A DNA stretch of 64,000 nucleotides, from positions 4,928,001 through 4,992,000 of the forward strand of contig OY970194.1 in the NCBI GenBank assembly GCA_963708075.1, given 5' to 3'. Position 1 is the stretch's first letter. The number at the start of each line of letters is the position of its first letter. This document shows positions 1-11,253 of this stretch, piece by piece. Made by a program: the position numbers and the translations under genes. Source of the stretch: Sedimentisphaerales bacterium. Its GTDB lineage: Bacteria > Planctomycetota > Phycisphaerae > Sedimentisphaerales > Anaerobacaceae. The notes under the pieces are model-generated. The model was not told the DNA's origin. It saw only the letters and a list, made by a program, of their open reading frames with translations, and ran no database searches.

Positions 1-1521
1 ACGATGTCGTACGCAAGACCATTCCGGCGGAGTATGCCGCGGCGGCTCAGAAGGCCCGGCACGAAATGCTGGACGCCCTCAGCATGTTTAGCGACGAGAT
101 GACGGACCTGCTCCTTGAAGAGCGGCCTGTCGGCGAGGAGATGGTCCGCCGGACGATTCGCGAGGCCACGATCAATCGCGAAATCGTGCCGCTGATGATG
201 GGCTCGGCCTTCAAGAACAAGGGCGTGCAGCCGCTGCTGGACGCCGTCTGCGATTACCTGCCCAGCCCGCTGGATCGCTCCTACTTCGCCCGCGACCACA
301 ACAATGCGGGCACGGAGACGCCGCTGGCCGGCGATCCGGATGCGCCGCTGGTGGCGATGGTCTATAAGATCACCGACGAGCCGTTCGGGCAGTTGAGTTA
401 CGTCCGCATCTACCAGGGCACGCTCGTCAAGGGCGGCCAGTACCGCAACGCACGCACAAATCGCATGCTTCGCGTCGGCAGGATCGTCCGCATGCACGCC
501 AACGACCGCGCGGACATCCCCAGCGCCGGCCCCGGCGACATCGTCGCGCTGCTGGCCGTGGAATGTGCCAACGGCGACACGCTCTGCGGCGAAGAGCGTC
601 AACTACTCGCTCGAAAGCATCTTTATCGCCGATCCCGTGATCAGTCTGTCCGTCATCCCCGCCAGCAACGCCGACCAGGAACGCATGGGCAAGGCGCTGA
701 GCCGGTTCATGAAGGAGGACCCGACCTTCCGCGTCTCGACCGATCCGGAGACCGGCGAGACCGTCATCGCGGGCATGGGCGAGCTGCACCTCGACATCTA
801 CATCGAGCGGATGCGCCGCGAGTACAGGGCGAACGTCACCGTCGGAGCGCCGAGCGTCAGCTACCGCGAGTCCCCGACCGTCGAGGCCAAGTTCGATTAC
901 CGCCACAAGAAGCAGACCGGCGGCTCGGGCCAGTTCGCCCACGTGGTCGGCCGGCTGATCCCGCTGCCTCCGGGCAGCGAGTCCGCGTACGAGTTCGAGG
1001 ACAATGTCAGAAACGGCCGCATCCCCAATGAGTACATTCCCGCCGTGAACAGGGGGTTCCAGGCAGCGATGAAGAAAGGCCCCGTGGCCGGTTACCAGGT
1101 CGTCGGATGCAAGATGTCCCTGGATGACGGCTCGTACCACCCGGTCGATTCCAGCGAGATGGCCTTCCGCATCGCAGGCCGCGATGCCTTCGTCGAGGCC
1201 TTTCGCCGGGCCCGGCCGTGTCTCATGGAGCCGGTCATGAAGGTGGAAGTGGAAACGCCCAAGGAGTACCAGGGCGCGATCGTCGGCGACCTCAACAGCC
1301 GACGCGGGATCATTCACGATACCGAGATCCGCGGCACCTGCGTGGTCGTGCGGGCCGAAGTCCCGCTGGCCTGCATGTTCGGCTACGCCACGATCGTTCG
1401 CGGCATGAGCAAGGGCATGGCCACCTTCACCATGGAAATGTCCCACTACGCCCGGGTCCCCACGAAACTCGCCGAGGAAATCATCACCCGCCGTCGCGAA
1501 AAACAGACCGCGAAGAAGTAA
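1..1521 (+). CDS. fusA: Elongation factor G (5'-truncated by window edge; +1 frameshift near 590, probably a sequencing error)
   Basis: ORF 66-1031 has GSAFKNKGVQPLLDAV and the domain II YVRIYQG/RMHAN motifs. ORF 565-1521 continues with EDPTFRV, GMGELHLDI, HKKQTGGSGQF, DGSYHPVDSSEMAF and MFGYAT. Removing one base at ~590 joins them. Confidence 0.95.
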
Positions 1522-1535
1522 GAAGCCGCACGGAG

Positions 1536-2171
1536 CTACTCGGCCTTGCGAGGGAGGGTCATTGGGCCGATGAACAGCCGTTCGTCGTCGGCATACTTCA
1601 TGACGAACGCCTGCAGCTCTTTAGTCGAGCCCGTCAGGATGGGCCCGCGTTCCCTCATGGTGTGTGCCATTGCCTGTGGTTCGGCCTCCAGCAGCTTCTT
1701 GAATTCCCCATCAAGCGTGATACCGAGCTTCAGTTGATCGCCGATGGCATCCACCCGGAGGAACGTGTGCGAACGCAGGAGAAAAAGCCCGTTGTACGCC
1801 TTCTCCGCGTCAGACTGGCCCATAGGGAACTGGTCAGGAAAGACGTCGAGAAACCGTCGGTTCCCTAGCTTCACCATGCATGCAGCGAGGACCCATTTGG
1901 GACCCAGCTTGTTGGTCAAGGTCAGTCGGTAGATCCGCTTGAACTCGCCCTGCAATTCCTCGGGCAGCGTCTTCGTGGCGCTTTGCTCGAAGCGGGCGAA
2001 CTCCCACTCCCAGGCCGCACCCGGGTTGTTCGAGTCTTCAATCCAGGTGCCGAGAAGCTTCTCGTCAAAGACGATTGTCTCTTTCGTGAAGAGCGGATTC
2101 AGCGAGACAATGGGCACGCAGCCGGCCATTAGACCTGCAAGACAGTAGAACACGACGCTCTTAGCTTTCAT
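1536..2171 (-). CDS. Putative lipoprotein (paralog of 3273-3911)
   Basis: Signal peptide with lipobox (MKAKSVVFYCLAGLMAGC) and an AGGA RBS. Shares VPIVSL.PLFTK..IVFDEKLLG and RRFLD.FPDQFP with the paralog. Confidence 0.8.
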   Translation of the reverse strand: MKAKSVVFYCLAGLMAGCVPIVSLNPLFTKETIVFDEKLLGTWIEDSNNPGAAWEWEFARFEQSATKTLPEELQGEFKRIYRLTLTNKLGPKWVLAACMVKLGNRRFLDVFPDQFPMGQSDAEKAYNGLFLLRSHTFLRVDAIGDQLKLGITLDGEFKKLLEAEPQAMAHTMRERGPILTGSTKELQAFVMKYADDERLFIGPMTLPRKAE

Positions 2172-2625
2172 AATTCCTCTCCTCGACTTGGCCAAATCAC
2201 CGATGATTTGGCTAAGCATACATGGCAAAAGGACGGATGTCTCCTCCCAAATAAGTCCATTCCGCCGCTTTGCGGCGCGAGTTTATCGCTTTGTGGCCTC
2301 CAGCATATTCGAGGCTATTGTCCTTTCCGAAGCATCGCTGCAACTGGTGCATGGGATATATCATGCTGGTGGCTCCAAAGCGGTAAACTCACCTGCCCGC
2401 GACTGCCGGCAGACCTCCACAGATTCCCAAATACACTCCGTGGCTGAGAGCGAGCGGGCTCCCCTCAACTATGGTATTTGATGTCCAGGACAGATGCGGC
2501 TATTGCGTAGGTCGTATGAGGAATTGGCTGAGGGAAGGGGTTCCATCGACTTATTCAAAGGCATCGTAGGAATAGAAAAAGAAAGCTTGGTGTTTGACAC
2601 GTGAATGGCTGAAAGGAGCTTAGCG

Positions 2626-3198
2626 ATGAGTACCACCGAAACATATACGAAATCAAAGGGTGCATCGAGGACGGAAGAGCTTAAGGCTCGCGGCACGGCG
2701 GTGCAGGAGCCAATGATGAAGGCCGAGCCGCAGAAGGAACACCAGTGGCTGCAGAAGCTCGTCGGCGAGTGGACCTATGAAGGCGAAATGACGATGGAGC
2801 CGGGCAAGCCTCCCACGAAGTTCGAAGGCACCGAGAGCGTCCGATCGCTCGGCGGCCTCTGGATTCTGGCCGAAGGACAAGGCGAAATGCCCGATGGCAA
2901 CCCCGTGACGACGGTACTGACGCTTGGCTATGACCCGCAGAGGGAACGGTTTGTCGGCGCATTTGTTGCATCGATGGAGACCCACCTGTGGCTGTATGAT
3001 GGCGCTCTGGATGCGGCCGAGAAGATGCTGACGCTCAATACCGAGGGGCCCAATATGGCTGCCGAGGGGAAGATGACGAGGTTCAAGGACTCGATGGAGT
3101 TCAGGAGCGACGACCATCGCGTGCTTGTCTCGGACATCCTGGGCGACGACGAGAAATGGCACCGGGTCATGACGATCTACTATCGGCGGACGAAGTAG
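2626..3198 (+). CDS. DUF1579 family protein
   Basis: EPQKEHQWLQKLVGEW, GTESVRSLGGLW and TLGYDP motifs are typical of DUF1579. AGGAG RBS upstream. Confidence 0.85.
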   Translation: MSTTETYTKSKGASRTEELKARGTAVQEPMMKAEPQKEHQWLQKLVGEWTYEGEMTMEPGKPPTKFEGTESVRSLGGLWILAEGQGEMPDGNPVTTVLTLGYDPQRERFVGAFVASMETHLWLYDGALDAAEKMLTLNTEGPNMAAEGKMTRFKDSMEFRSDDHRVLVSDILGDDEKWHRVMTIYYRRTK

Positions 3199-3272
3199 CT
3201 GTGCGCAGCGGTGCGAGCCGGACACCTTACGTGGAAGCAATGCATGCCGGCGCTTGTCGCCGCTACGCGGAC

Positions 3273-3911
3273 CTACTTATTCTTTCGGACGAGGGGCAAC
3301 TCGTGAGCGAACAGCCGCTTGTCGTCGGCATATTTCGTGACGAACGACTGCAGCTCTTTGGTCGAGGCCGTCAGGACAATGTGCTCTTCGGTTACCGCGT
3401 GCGCCACCGCCTTCGGCTCGGTTTCCACCAGCTTCTTGAATTCGTCGTCGTCTGTGAACTGGATCTTCAGTTGATCGCCGATCGCGTCCACCCGGACGAG
3501 CGTGTGGCAGGGCACGAAAAAGAACGCATTGAATCCGAGCTTCATCTTCTCCATATCGGACTCGCCCGAAGGGAACTGGTCGGGGAAGATGTCGAGGAAC
3601 CGCCGGTCGCCCAGTCTCACCAGGCATGCGGCGAGAGCGCCTTTATGGCCTTCCTTGTCGGTCAAGCTCACCCGATAGACGCGCTTGTACTCGCTCTGCA
3701 ATTCCTTGGGCAGATTCTCCGCGGCACTCTCCTCGAAACGCGCGAACTCCCAGGATATGCCCGGGTCGTTCGCGTCTCCGAGCCAGGCGCCGAGGAGCTT
3801 CTCATCGAACACAATATCGTCCTTCGTGAAGAGCGGGTGCAGCGAGACGATGGGCACGCAGCCGGCCATCAAACCCAGCAGACAGCAGAACATGATTTTC
3901 TTTGCTTTCAT
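3273..3911 (-). CDS. Putative lipoprotein (paralog of 1536-2171)
   Basis: Lipobox LMAGC; clearly homologous to 1536-2171 along its whole length. Confidence 0.8.
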   Translation of the reverse strand: MKAKKIMFCCLLGLMAGCVPIVSLHPLFTKDDIVFDEKLLGAWLGDANDPGISWEFARFEESAAENLPKELQSEYKRVYRVSLTDKEGHKGALAACLVRLGDRRFLDIFPDQFPSGESDMEKMKLGFNAFFFVPCHTLVRVDAIGDQLKIQFTDDDEFKKLVETEPKAVAHAVTEEHIVLTASTKELQSFVTKYADDKRLFAHELPLVRKNK

Positions 3912-3985
3912 AATTGTCTCTCCTCAGGTTTCGCGATCTGAACTGATTCTTCCCATCGATTATACGGGTTGACTATCACCTTTCC

Positions 3986-4074
3986 GGGTGGCAGCGTCAA
4001 GCGCAGCTTGGCGATGGTCGTGGTGGAATGCGATACAGCCATCGCCAAGGCCTTCGGCCTTGACGCTGCCACCC
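3986..4074. repeat. 89-bp palindromic REP-like element (family A), copy 1
   Basis: GGGTGGCAGCGTCAAG...CTTGACGCTGCCACCC with inner TTGGCGATGG-N21-CCATCGCCAA. Other copies at 12607, 13659 and 39187. Confidence 0.9.
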
Positions 4075-4100
4075 GAGCTTACAGGAAGCACATCCACATG

Positions 4101-4976
4101 TTACTGGAACAGAACCGCCAGGCGGTCTTTTTCCGTCGGGCTGATCCCATTCGGCGCCGTCCACACAGCCAACTCCAGGCTCCTGCGACAGGCGCAGCTC
4201 TCGTCCACCAGCGGCGCATCGCCGGCCAGCAGGGCCCGAATCAGGGTCAGGCAGTTGTCCGTCGCCTTGCGCAGGTTCGACAGGATCTCCTGCAGCAGGG
4301 TCTGCTTGCCCTTGGATTCGTCATGCCCGCGCCACGCGTCGTAGTCGCTGGCCAGGGCCACGAGCGCGTAGCACATTTGTGCCTCGCGGGCGAGCTTGGC
4401 CTCGGGCATCGCGGTCATGCCGATCAGGTCGCCGCCCCACTTTCGGTGCATGAGCGACTCGGCCCGCGTGGAGAACTGGGGTCCCTCCATGCAGACGTAG
4501 GTCCCGTTGAGATGGGCGGTGACATCGAGCGGGATTCCGGCGTGCACCATCCTCTCATGGAGCCGGCCGCAGACCGGTTGGTCCATTTCACAATGCACCG
4601 CGCCGAAGCCGCTGAAGAATGTGTTCGCGCGCTTGAAGGTCTTGTCGATGAACTGATCCACGATCACCAGATCGCCCGGGACGATCTTCGCCTGGAGCGA
4701 GCCGACGGCTCCGCTGGCGATGACGGCGTGCACCCCGAGCTTCTTGAGGGCGAAAATGTTCGCGGCGAACGGCACCTCGCTCGGGGACAGCCTGTGTCCC
4801 TCACCGTGGCGACCCAAGAAGGCGATCTGCCTCTTGCCCAGCGTTCCCAACATGATGGGCCCGCTCGGCTTGCCGAAGGGCGTGTCCACCTCCCGCATCT
4901 CGACGCCGGTCAACTGCGCCGCGAGCGCATCGCCCAATCCTGTGCCTCCGATGATGCCAACCAGCTCACTTGCCAT
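4101..4976 (-). CDS. mtnP: S-methyl-5'-thioadenosine phosphorylase
   Basis: GIIGGTG, TPFGKPS, GRHGEGH, ANIFALK, EGPQFSTRAES, IGMT and SDYD motifs. Confidence 0.92.
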   Translation of the reverse strand: MASELVGIIGGTGLGDALAAQLTGVEMREVDTPFGKPSGPIMLGTLGKRQIAFLGRHGEGHRLSPSEVPFAANIFALKKLGVHAVIASGAVGSLQAKIVPGDLVIVDQFIDKTFKRANTFFSGFGAVHCEMDQPVCGRLHERMVHAGIPLDVTAHLNGTYVCMEGPQFSTRAESLMHRKWGGDLIGMTAMPEAKLAREAQMCYALVALASDYDAWRGHDESKGKQTLLQEILSNLRKATDNCLTLIRALLAGDAPLVDESCACRRSLELAVWTAPNGISPTEKDRLAVLFQ

Positions 4977-5039
4977 TACCAGGTCTCCTTTCTGTGCCGG
5001 AGCTATGATAATCCCGGCAGCCGGGCGCGTCGAGGGGCA

Positions 5040-5145
5040 AGGGTGGACGGGAGTGGACTTGACGGACGTAGTGGGCCAATAGGACCAATGCTCGGCAGTG
5101 CCGATCATAGGTCCTATTCGTCCTATGCGTCCACTGCGTCCACAC
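5040..5145. repeat. Imperfect 9-mer-based hairpin repeat (related copy at 8341-8420)
   Basis: GTGGAC/TAGGAC units followed by their complements GTCCTA/GTCCAC. Confidence 0.6.
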
Positions 5146-5221
5146 TCCCTTCGCGCTGAACCGGCCCGCCCAACCGCCGTACTACCAGGAAACTCGAATC
5201 ATTCTAAAGGAGCCGGCAACT

Positions 5222-5536
5222 ATGGACCTGGTCATTACGGTCAAGGAAATCAAAGGGCACTGCCCGACGTTCCGAACGGGCGATTCATTCGCTCTCAAAG
5301 CCTGCTATCAGCTTGTCAGCGATGTCCCCGTCTGCATGCACGCCCTGGCGGCGCTGATGCCCTGGTACAACGCCCTGCGGGTTTCCGAGCCCGCCGACTG
5401 GGGCCTCGACGGCAAGCAGGACAAGACCAAAGCCTACATCCAGTGTCCCGACCCCTGCCAGTACACCAACGGCGGCACGGTCATCATGGAGATCAGCAAA
5501 GTCGCCCAGGCCCCCGTTGCCGGCGAGACTCAGTGA
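5222..5536 (+). CDS. TIGR04076-like small Cys-rich protein
   Basis: ITVKEIKGHCP....GDSF, C.HAL and QCPDP...GGTV pattern; AAGGAG RBS. Confidence 0.75.
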   Translation: MDLVITVKEIKGHCPTFRTGDSFALKACYQLVSDVPVCMHALAALMPWYNALRVSEPADWGLDGKQDKTKAYIQCPDPCQYTNGGTVIMEISKVAQAPVAGETQ

Positions 5537-5576
5537 CACCCAACGCGGCACCCACTTCGGAGTCGAACTTGCAGCC

Positions 5577-5740
5577 GGTGCCATGCTTACGCTTGCGTAA
5601 GCATGCTTTGCGTATCGAATGGAGCATGTCTACCCACGCGCAAACATGCCGCCCGGCCGCACTTGTAGGATGGGCTTCAGCCCATGCAGTTCTTGTCTTG
5701 GGTACTCTGAACCCTCCGCATGGGCTAAAGCCCATCCTAC
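5577..5740. repeat. REP-like doublets (GTGCCATG family plus a GTAG-type REP pair)
   Basis: GTGCCATGCTTACGCTTGCGTAAGCATG (also at 14657, 33264 and 36088-36117 reverse), followed by GTAGGATGGGCTTCAGCCCAT...ATGGGCTAAAGCCCATCCTAC. Confidence 0.8.
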
Positions 5741-5854
5741 ATTCTCTCATGGGGTTCCCGCGAACGCGGAAAACCTGCTGGAGCAACCCCAAGGGGTCGC
5801 CCCAGCAGGTCTAGGGTGCGTTTGCCGAGGTCTTATCTGCGCGGCTGCGATGAC

Positions 5855-8101
5855 CTACGGTGCGGCGGGCAGGCTCGGCACGATCTTGAGCATCACGCCC
5901 GTCTCGCCCTGAGGTCCCAGCGCGGTCGATCCAAAGACGTACAGCTCGCCGTCGGCGTCCTCGCCGAACCCTCTGAGCCAGAATCCCGTCGGGCCGTCAG
6001 CCACGCCGATGCGCAGCTCCTTGATGACAGCGTTCGAGTCGAGGTAGAAGAGCCTGGCGCTCGGCGCCGCGAACGAGCCCCAGTCGCCGAACACGTAGAG
6101 ACCCTGCAGAGCGGGGATCTGAATGCCTCGATAGACGAAGCCGCCGATGACGACGGCGCCCTCGCCGTGGTCATACTCGGCGATGGGATCGATCAGGTCG
6201 GGCGGCACCGGGCGCACGGGACCGGTCACGACCTTGCCGATGTTCTCGCTGACGGAATCGAACCAGAAGCTGCCTTCCTTGACGTTCCAGCCGTAGTTGC
6301 CGCCTTTGACGATGAGGTCCACTTCCTCGATGTTGTTCTGTCCGGCGTCCCCCACGTACAGATCCCCGGTGAGCTTGTCGAAGCTGAACGTGAACGGATT
6401 GCGCAGGCCGTACGCGTAGATTTCCGGGATGGCGTCCCGATTCACAAACGGGTTGATGCTCGGGACGCCGTACTGACCATTCGCCGAGTCGTTGCCATCG
6501 ACGTCGATGCGAAGGAGCTTTCCATAGATTCTCTGGAGGCTTTGGGCGTTGCCGCCGGGCACGTGGCCGTTCGCCACGTCATTCGCCCGGCCGCCGTCGC
6601 CGAGCGAGAAGTAGAGGAGCCCGTCCGGCCCGAAGCGCAGGGTGCCGCCGTTATGGTTGGATTGCGGCTTGTCGATGCGCAGGATCTTCGCGCCGGCTGT
6701 TCGGATCGATCCGGTTGGCATCGTTGGGGTCCATCCGCCACTCGGCGATGACCGACTGGTGGTTGTTCACCACCCCTTCCGGCATCACATTGACGAAATC
6801 CGCCACTGTGTTGATGTCGATGGGCTCGGACGTATAGGTGTACACCAGCGGATGATTCGCGAAGTCCGGGTGAGTCGCAAGGCCGAGCAGGCCCCGCTCG
6901 TCGTAGTTGCCAAATGTCACCAACCGGCTGCGCACGTCCAACAGAGGCGTCGGCAGCTTGCCGGCCGCGCCGGTCACGACCCACGCCAGACCCGCCTGAT
7001 CGTAGACGAACATGCGTTTGCTTCCATCGTCCGGGACAGCCAGACCCAGCGGCGCGCTCAGGCCCTCGACGACCGGCTGCAGCTCGATTGTGATGTCGCC
7101 TTTGACGATGAGCTGCGGAATGGGATCGACAATGGGCTCCGTCTTCACAGTCACCGTCACGGCCGCGGAGGTCGTCGCATCGGCATCGTTATCCGTGGCC
7201 ACTGCCGTCAGAGCATGCGCGCCAGGATATAGGGTGACAGTCGTGCTGTAGGGCGGCGGCAGGACAGACCCGAGCGAGCTTGTGCCGTCGAAGAACTCCA
7301 CACTCGTCACCGTCCCATCCTTGTCGCTGACTGCGGCCTCAATCGTTACCTCGGCGGGCGAAACAAACGTCGCGCCGTCGGCGGGACCGGTGATCGAGAC
7401 GGAAGGCGGCGAGTTGGGCGCCGGCGTGTAAACGACCACGAGTGTGCCGGCGCCGCGCCGCCCTGGCGAGACACGAATCCGCGCACCGAGCGAGCCGAGG
7501 CTTCCGCCCGGCTGGTCAGCAGCCAGCCAAAATTCTGCGCCGGCTCGTTCACCCAGAGCTGCACGTCCGCCACCAGGCCCGCGCCTGTCCAGGAGTATTT
7601 TGCGTTATCTGCGGACCCCACGGCCGTCGAGGCGCTGGCGGTCGCTGCCGCGTTGCTTTTGGCCCCGGGCGCCGTCCAGGCGGCCGTGCCCATAATACGG
7701 GCGTTCCAGGTTGTCTCTCCGGCTGTTGCCGGCGCCCCGCCGCTGCCGGCCTTGGTCCCTTCCTTCCAGCCCGCCAGCAGGCGTAAGAGATCGAATGTGG
7801 AATTGACCGGGCCGTTGGCCGGGACCTTGACGACCATCAGTTGCAGCGTCGCGGAAGTGACGGTCGATCCGGGCGGGATGCTGCCCAGATCGAAACGCAG
7901 CAGGCCCCGGCGAATGCCGCCGATGCCGTCCCTGCCGGCGTCGAACCAGCCGGTGGCACCCGCATTGTTGCCCGGGGCGCCGGAATTGATGAAGGTGTCC
8001 TCGATGACAGCCAGGTTCGCAACCTCCGCAAGGCTGCACAGCGGCCAGGACAATACGACAAGACAAAGGATTCCCAATACCATACGCGTGCGCGATTTCA
8101 T
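5855..8101 (-). CDS. Secreted PQQ-dependent glucose/sorbosone dehydrogenase-family protein with N-terminal DNRLRE-like and Ig-like domains (two +1 frameshifts, ~7452 and ~6686)
   Basis: Signal peptide; EDTFI/RRGLLRFDL/NFGWLL (DNRLRE-like); PSVSITGP..G (Big-like); ERGLLGLATHP, NHNGG.L.FGPDG.LY, GLRNP and GGNYGW (GSDH). Spread over ORFs 7346-8101, 6651-7439 and 5855-6721. Confidence 0.85.
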
Positions 8102-8427
8102 TCTCGTGCCTCCTGTTTATCCGGTCGGATGGTACGACCTTGGTTCTTCTTTTCTCACCTCGGCCCGGGCCACGCTCGGGCGGCGGTGCCTAACCTCTTA
8201 TCCACTGCCGCCATATGGTACGCAGGGCGCCGCCGCTCATCCATGCGGCGAACGCTGCTTTCCGGATCAGGGGACACCCCTTTTTCGCATAGGGCGAAGT
8301 ACCTAGCCCGTCTCTGCGCACGAGAGAGCCGCCCCTTGCGATGGGAGTGGACTTGATGGACGTAGTGGACCCATAGGACCCGGTCATAGGTCCTATTTGT
8401 CCTATTGGTCCTATAGGTCCTGTCCCT

Positions 8428-11158
8428 TTAGAACCGCACCTGGATCTCGCACGGCTGGGTCAGCGTGATCGCGAGCATGTGCTGGCCGGGGTTGAAATGG
8501 GCCTGCGCCTCGCGCGGGACAGGGCGTATTGCCGCGATCGCGGGCGTGATCTGCGTCGTCATCACGGCCGCGGGCTTCTGGTCCACGCCGGCGAGCAGGA
8601 CGTAGTACGGGTTTTTGCCCCAGCCGTCGACGGTGAAGGTGACGGAATCGCGTGCTTCGCGGAGGTTGCGAATGGCACAGGGGGCATGGATGAACCAGCT
8701 CTTCGTCGCCAGCTTGCGCACGTCGTACAGCCGGCCCTTGTCGAAGAGCTCGGGGACATGGGCCTGGACAGTGCCCGGGTTGATGGCGGGGCCGCCTCGG
8801 AGCTGGGGCTGTAACTCGAAGACATCCGGCAGCAGGCCCTGGCGCTTGGCGTCACTGACGGGCCAGGTCATCTGAAGACCTGTGGCTGTGATGCCTTTGG
8901 CAATCGTCTCCCAGGGACCATCCTTGTCATATTGGCTGAGCAGGTGCAGGGCGGAGGCATAGACCAGGCCGCACCACTGGACGGGCCGGCCGAACCAGGA
9001 TCGGGGCCTGCCAGTTCGTCGCGCCGAGCACGGCGATCGTCGCGTATGGGCCGATCTCGCCGGCCGTCGGATTGATCAGGTACACGAATGGCACGCCGGT
9101 CCACGCCCAGTAGCGGGCCTGCTCCAGGTGCTCCGACTTGCCCGAGAGGAGGTAGCCGAGCGTGTACGCCCGGACCATGTACGCCGAGGCGAGGATGTCC
9201 GGCGTGTGCAGCGGAACTTCCCACGTCTGTGCCCCGCGCGGCACCGTGTTCGCATAGAGCGCCGTCTGCTTGTCCAGCAGCGCCAGACCCTGCCCGATCA
9301 ACTGCGGGTCCGCCGACATCGTCGCCGCCTCCAGGATTTGTGCGACGTCCACGCCCGCCAGGCCGTTGGCGTGCTTGGCGAAATGGGTCTTGCCGTAATC
9401 GACGTCGCCCGGCTGGTAGAGCTTGACGCCCTTGTCGTCGAAGTGCCGGAGCAATCCCTTCGCCTCCTCCTGTCGCTGCTGGATGTATGGGTAAACGCCT
9501 CCAAAGACGAACGGGGCCGTCGGCGTGCGCGTGTGCGAGACGGTGCTGATGTAGGGTTGGCCCTTCGGCATCTTCGTGACGGCCAGGTCCCGCGCCTGCA
9601 CAAGCCTGCGGACGAGGTCCCGGTCCTGCGCCTGATTCGCCAGCCAGTCGATGTACATGATGGCGTCGCCGGCGGGCGCCGCCTTGAAGCTCTCGCCCCA
9701 CACCGCGTGACGGAAGATCCCGCCCTCATTGATCGTCGAATCCAGCCAGCCATGAGCCAGCAGCGTCACCGCCGCATCGAGCCCGCCCGTGAATGTGGGC
9801 ATCGCCGGCAAGCCGCGGAGCGCCACGTACTCCTGCACGGCCGGGATGATCGTCGCACCCTTACCGCCGATGATGATCGCCCGCATGCGAATCGGCTCGT
9901 TCGCCCGCAATCGCAGCGGCGTGTGCGCAACCTGCTCGTTTTCAAACCGCCTGTCGCCCACGGCCGGACCGGTCAACGCCATCACATGCGCGCCCGACCC
10001 GTAGATCTTGTCAGGCGAGTCGAACACAGGCGCGACCATCCCCGACGGCTCCCACACAAGCCCGACGTACCGGCCGTCATGCGCAATCGCCATCAGCGGA
10101 AACGTCACCTTCACCGGATCGGGCACCCGGCGGATGTGCTCGGCCGTCGTGATGTCCGCGTCACTGCTGCTCGGCTCATCCTCCAAGTACTCCAGCCCCG
10201 CGAACAATCCCTGCGTCTTTCGCTCGCCGAACGTCCCCACCCCGGGAAAGAGCGTCAGCCAGGGCAGGTGAATGATGTCCCTGTTCTGGTCAACGACAAA
10301 CTCGGTTTCCACAAGGATCGACCCGTCGACCGGCCCCGGCTCGAATCGCCGCGTCACCGTCCACTTGGCCCCGCCGTTGTCTCTCAGGTCTGTGACATGA
10401 GAGAAGGCTCGGCCTTCTATGTGTATGGACGAGGATTTATTGCTGTTCAGACGGAGCCATTGCGGCTGATCGTTGATGATCATGCCGATCTGCTCCCCCT
10501 TGTAGCCGGCGGCCATCTCCTGCCCATCCACTCGGACGACGAAGTCGCCCACGCCGTCTCGATAGTCCGTGACCATCAAATCCCCCGAGATGACGAACTC
10601 CGGCCCGATGTCGCCTGCGCGAGGCCGCACGGGCTTTTCCCACTGCGGCGGCGGCACCGGCGCGAGGACCTCGACCTCGATGGAGGCGACGACGATCTGC
10701 CCTTCGCTCGTGGCTGGGTCCAGGCGAAATCGCGTGCCCGCTCCGAGCCGCTCCGGGATGACAAGGAAGTAGTCGTGCCACTGGCCATCGCTGTTCACGG
10801 TGAATCGGACGGAATGCCCCGCCTGGAACGTGCGGCCGTAGAACAGTTCGCCGCCCGTGTCGGCGTCCGACTTCATCCGCACTCGCACGCGCACCGTTCC
10901 CTCGCCCGGCAGATCGACCGCCGGCCCTTCGATCCACGGATCGATCCCCGTGGACCGAAACGCCAACCCTTCCGCGGTTGCCGTCAGGCCTTCCGTGTAG
11001 TTGTTCCCCTGCCAGCCCTGCAGCCCCATGGCAAACGCCCAGGCCACGAGCGTCTTGCCGTACACGGTCGCGGGAGCCGACACGACGAAAAGCAGAGCGA
11101 TCAGGCGGAAGCTGCCCTTCAAGATCGGCTTGCAGGTCGTATTTGCCTCGATTGTCAT
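8428..11158 (-). CDS. Large secreted hypothetical protein, possibly carbohydrate-active (CBM-like N-terminus, helical C-terminus); +1 frameshift near 8999
   Basis: ORF 8927-11158 joins 8428-8871 through ..WFGRPVQWCGLVYA.. after removing one base. Signal peptide and FRLDP motif. Confidence 0.65.
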
Positions 11159-11253
11159 AGCGAAAGACCTCCGATTGGCATCAGGTATTTTCTCCTGTCA
11201 TATTCGCAGCAGGTCCATGTGAACCCGACGTGCGAAGTAGTATAATGATCTCC

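Noticed and set aside
9128..11245. Long antisense/alternative-frame ORFs (e.g. 9128-11245, 24001-25710, 36344-38584, 55920-57668)
   Set aside because: Shadow ORFs opposite well-supported genes, expected in high-GC DNA; no motifs.
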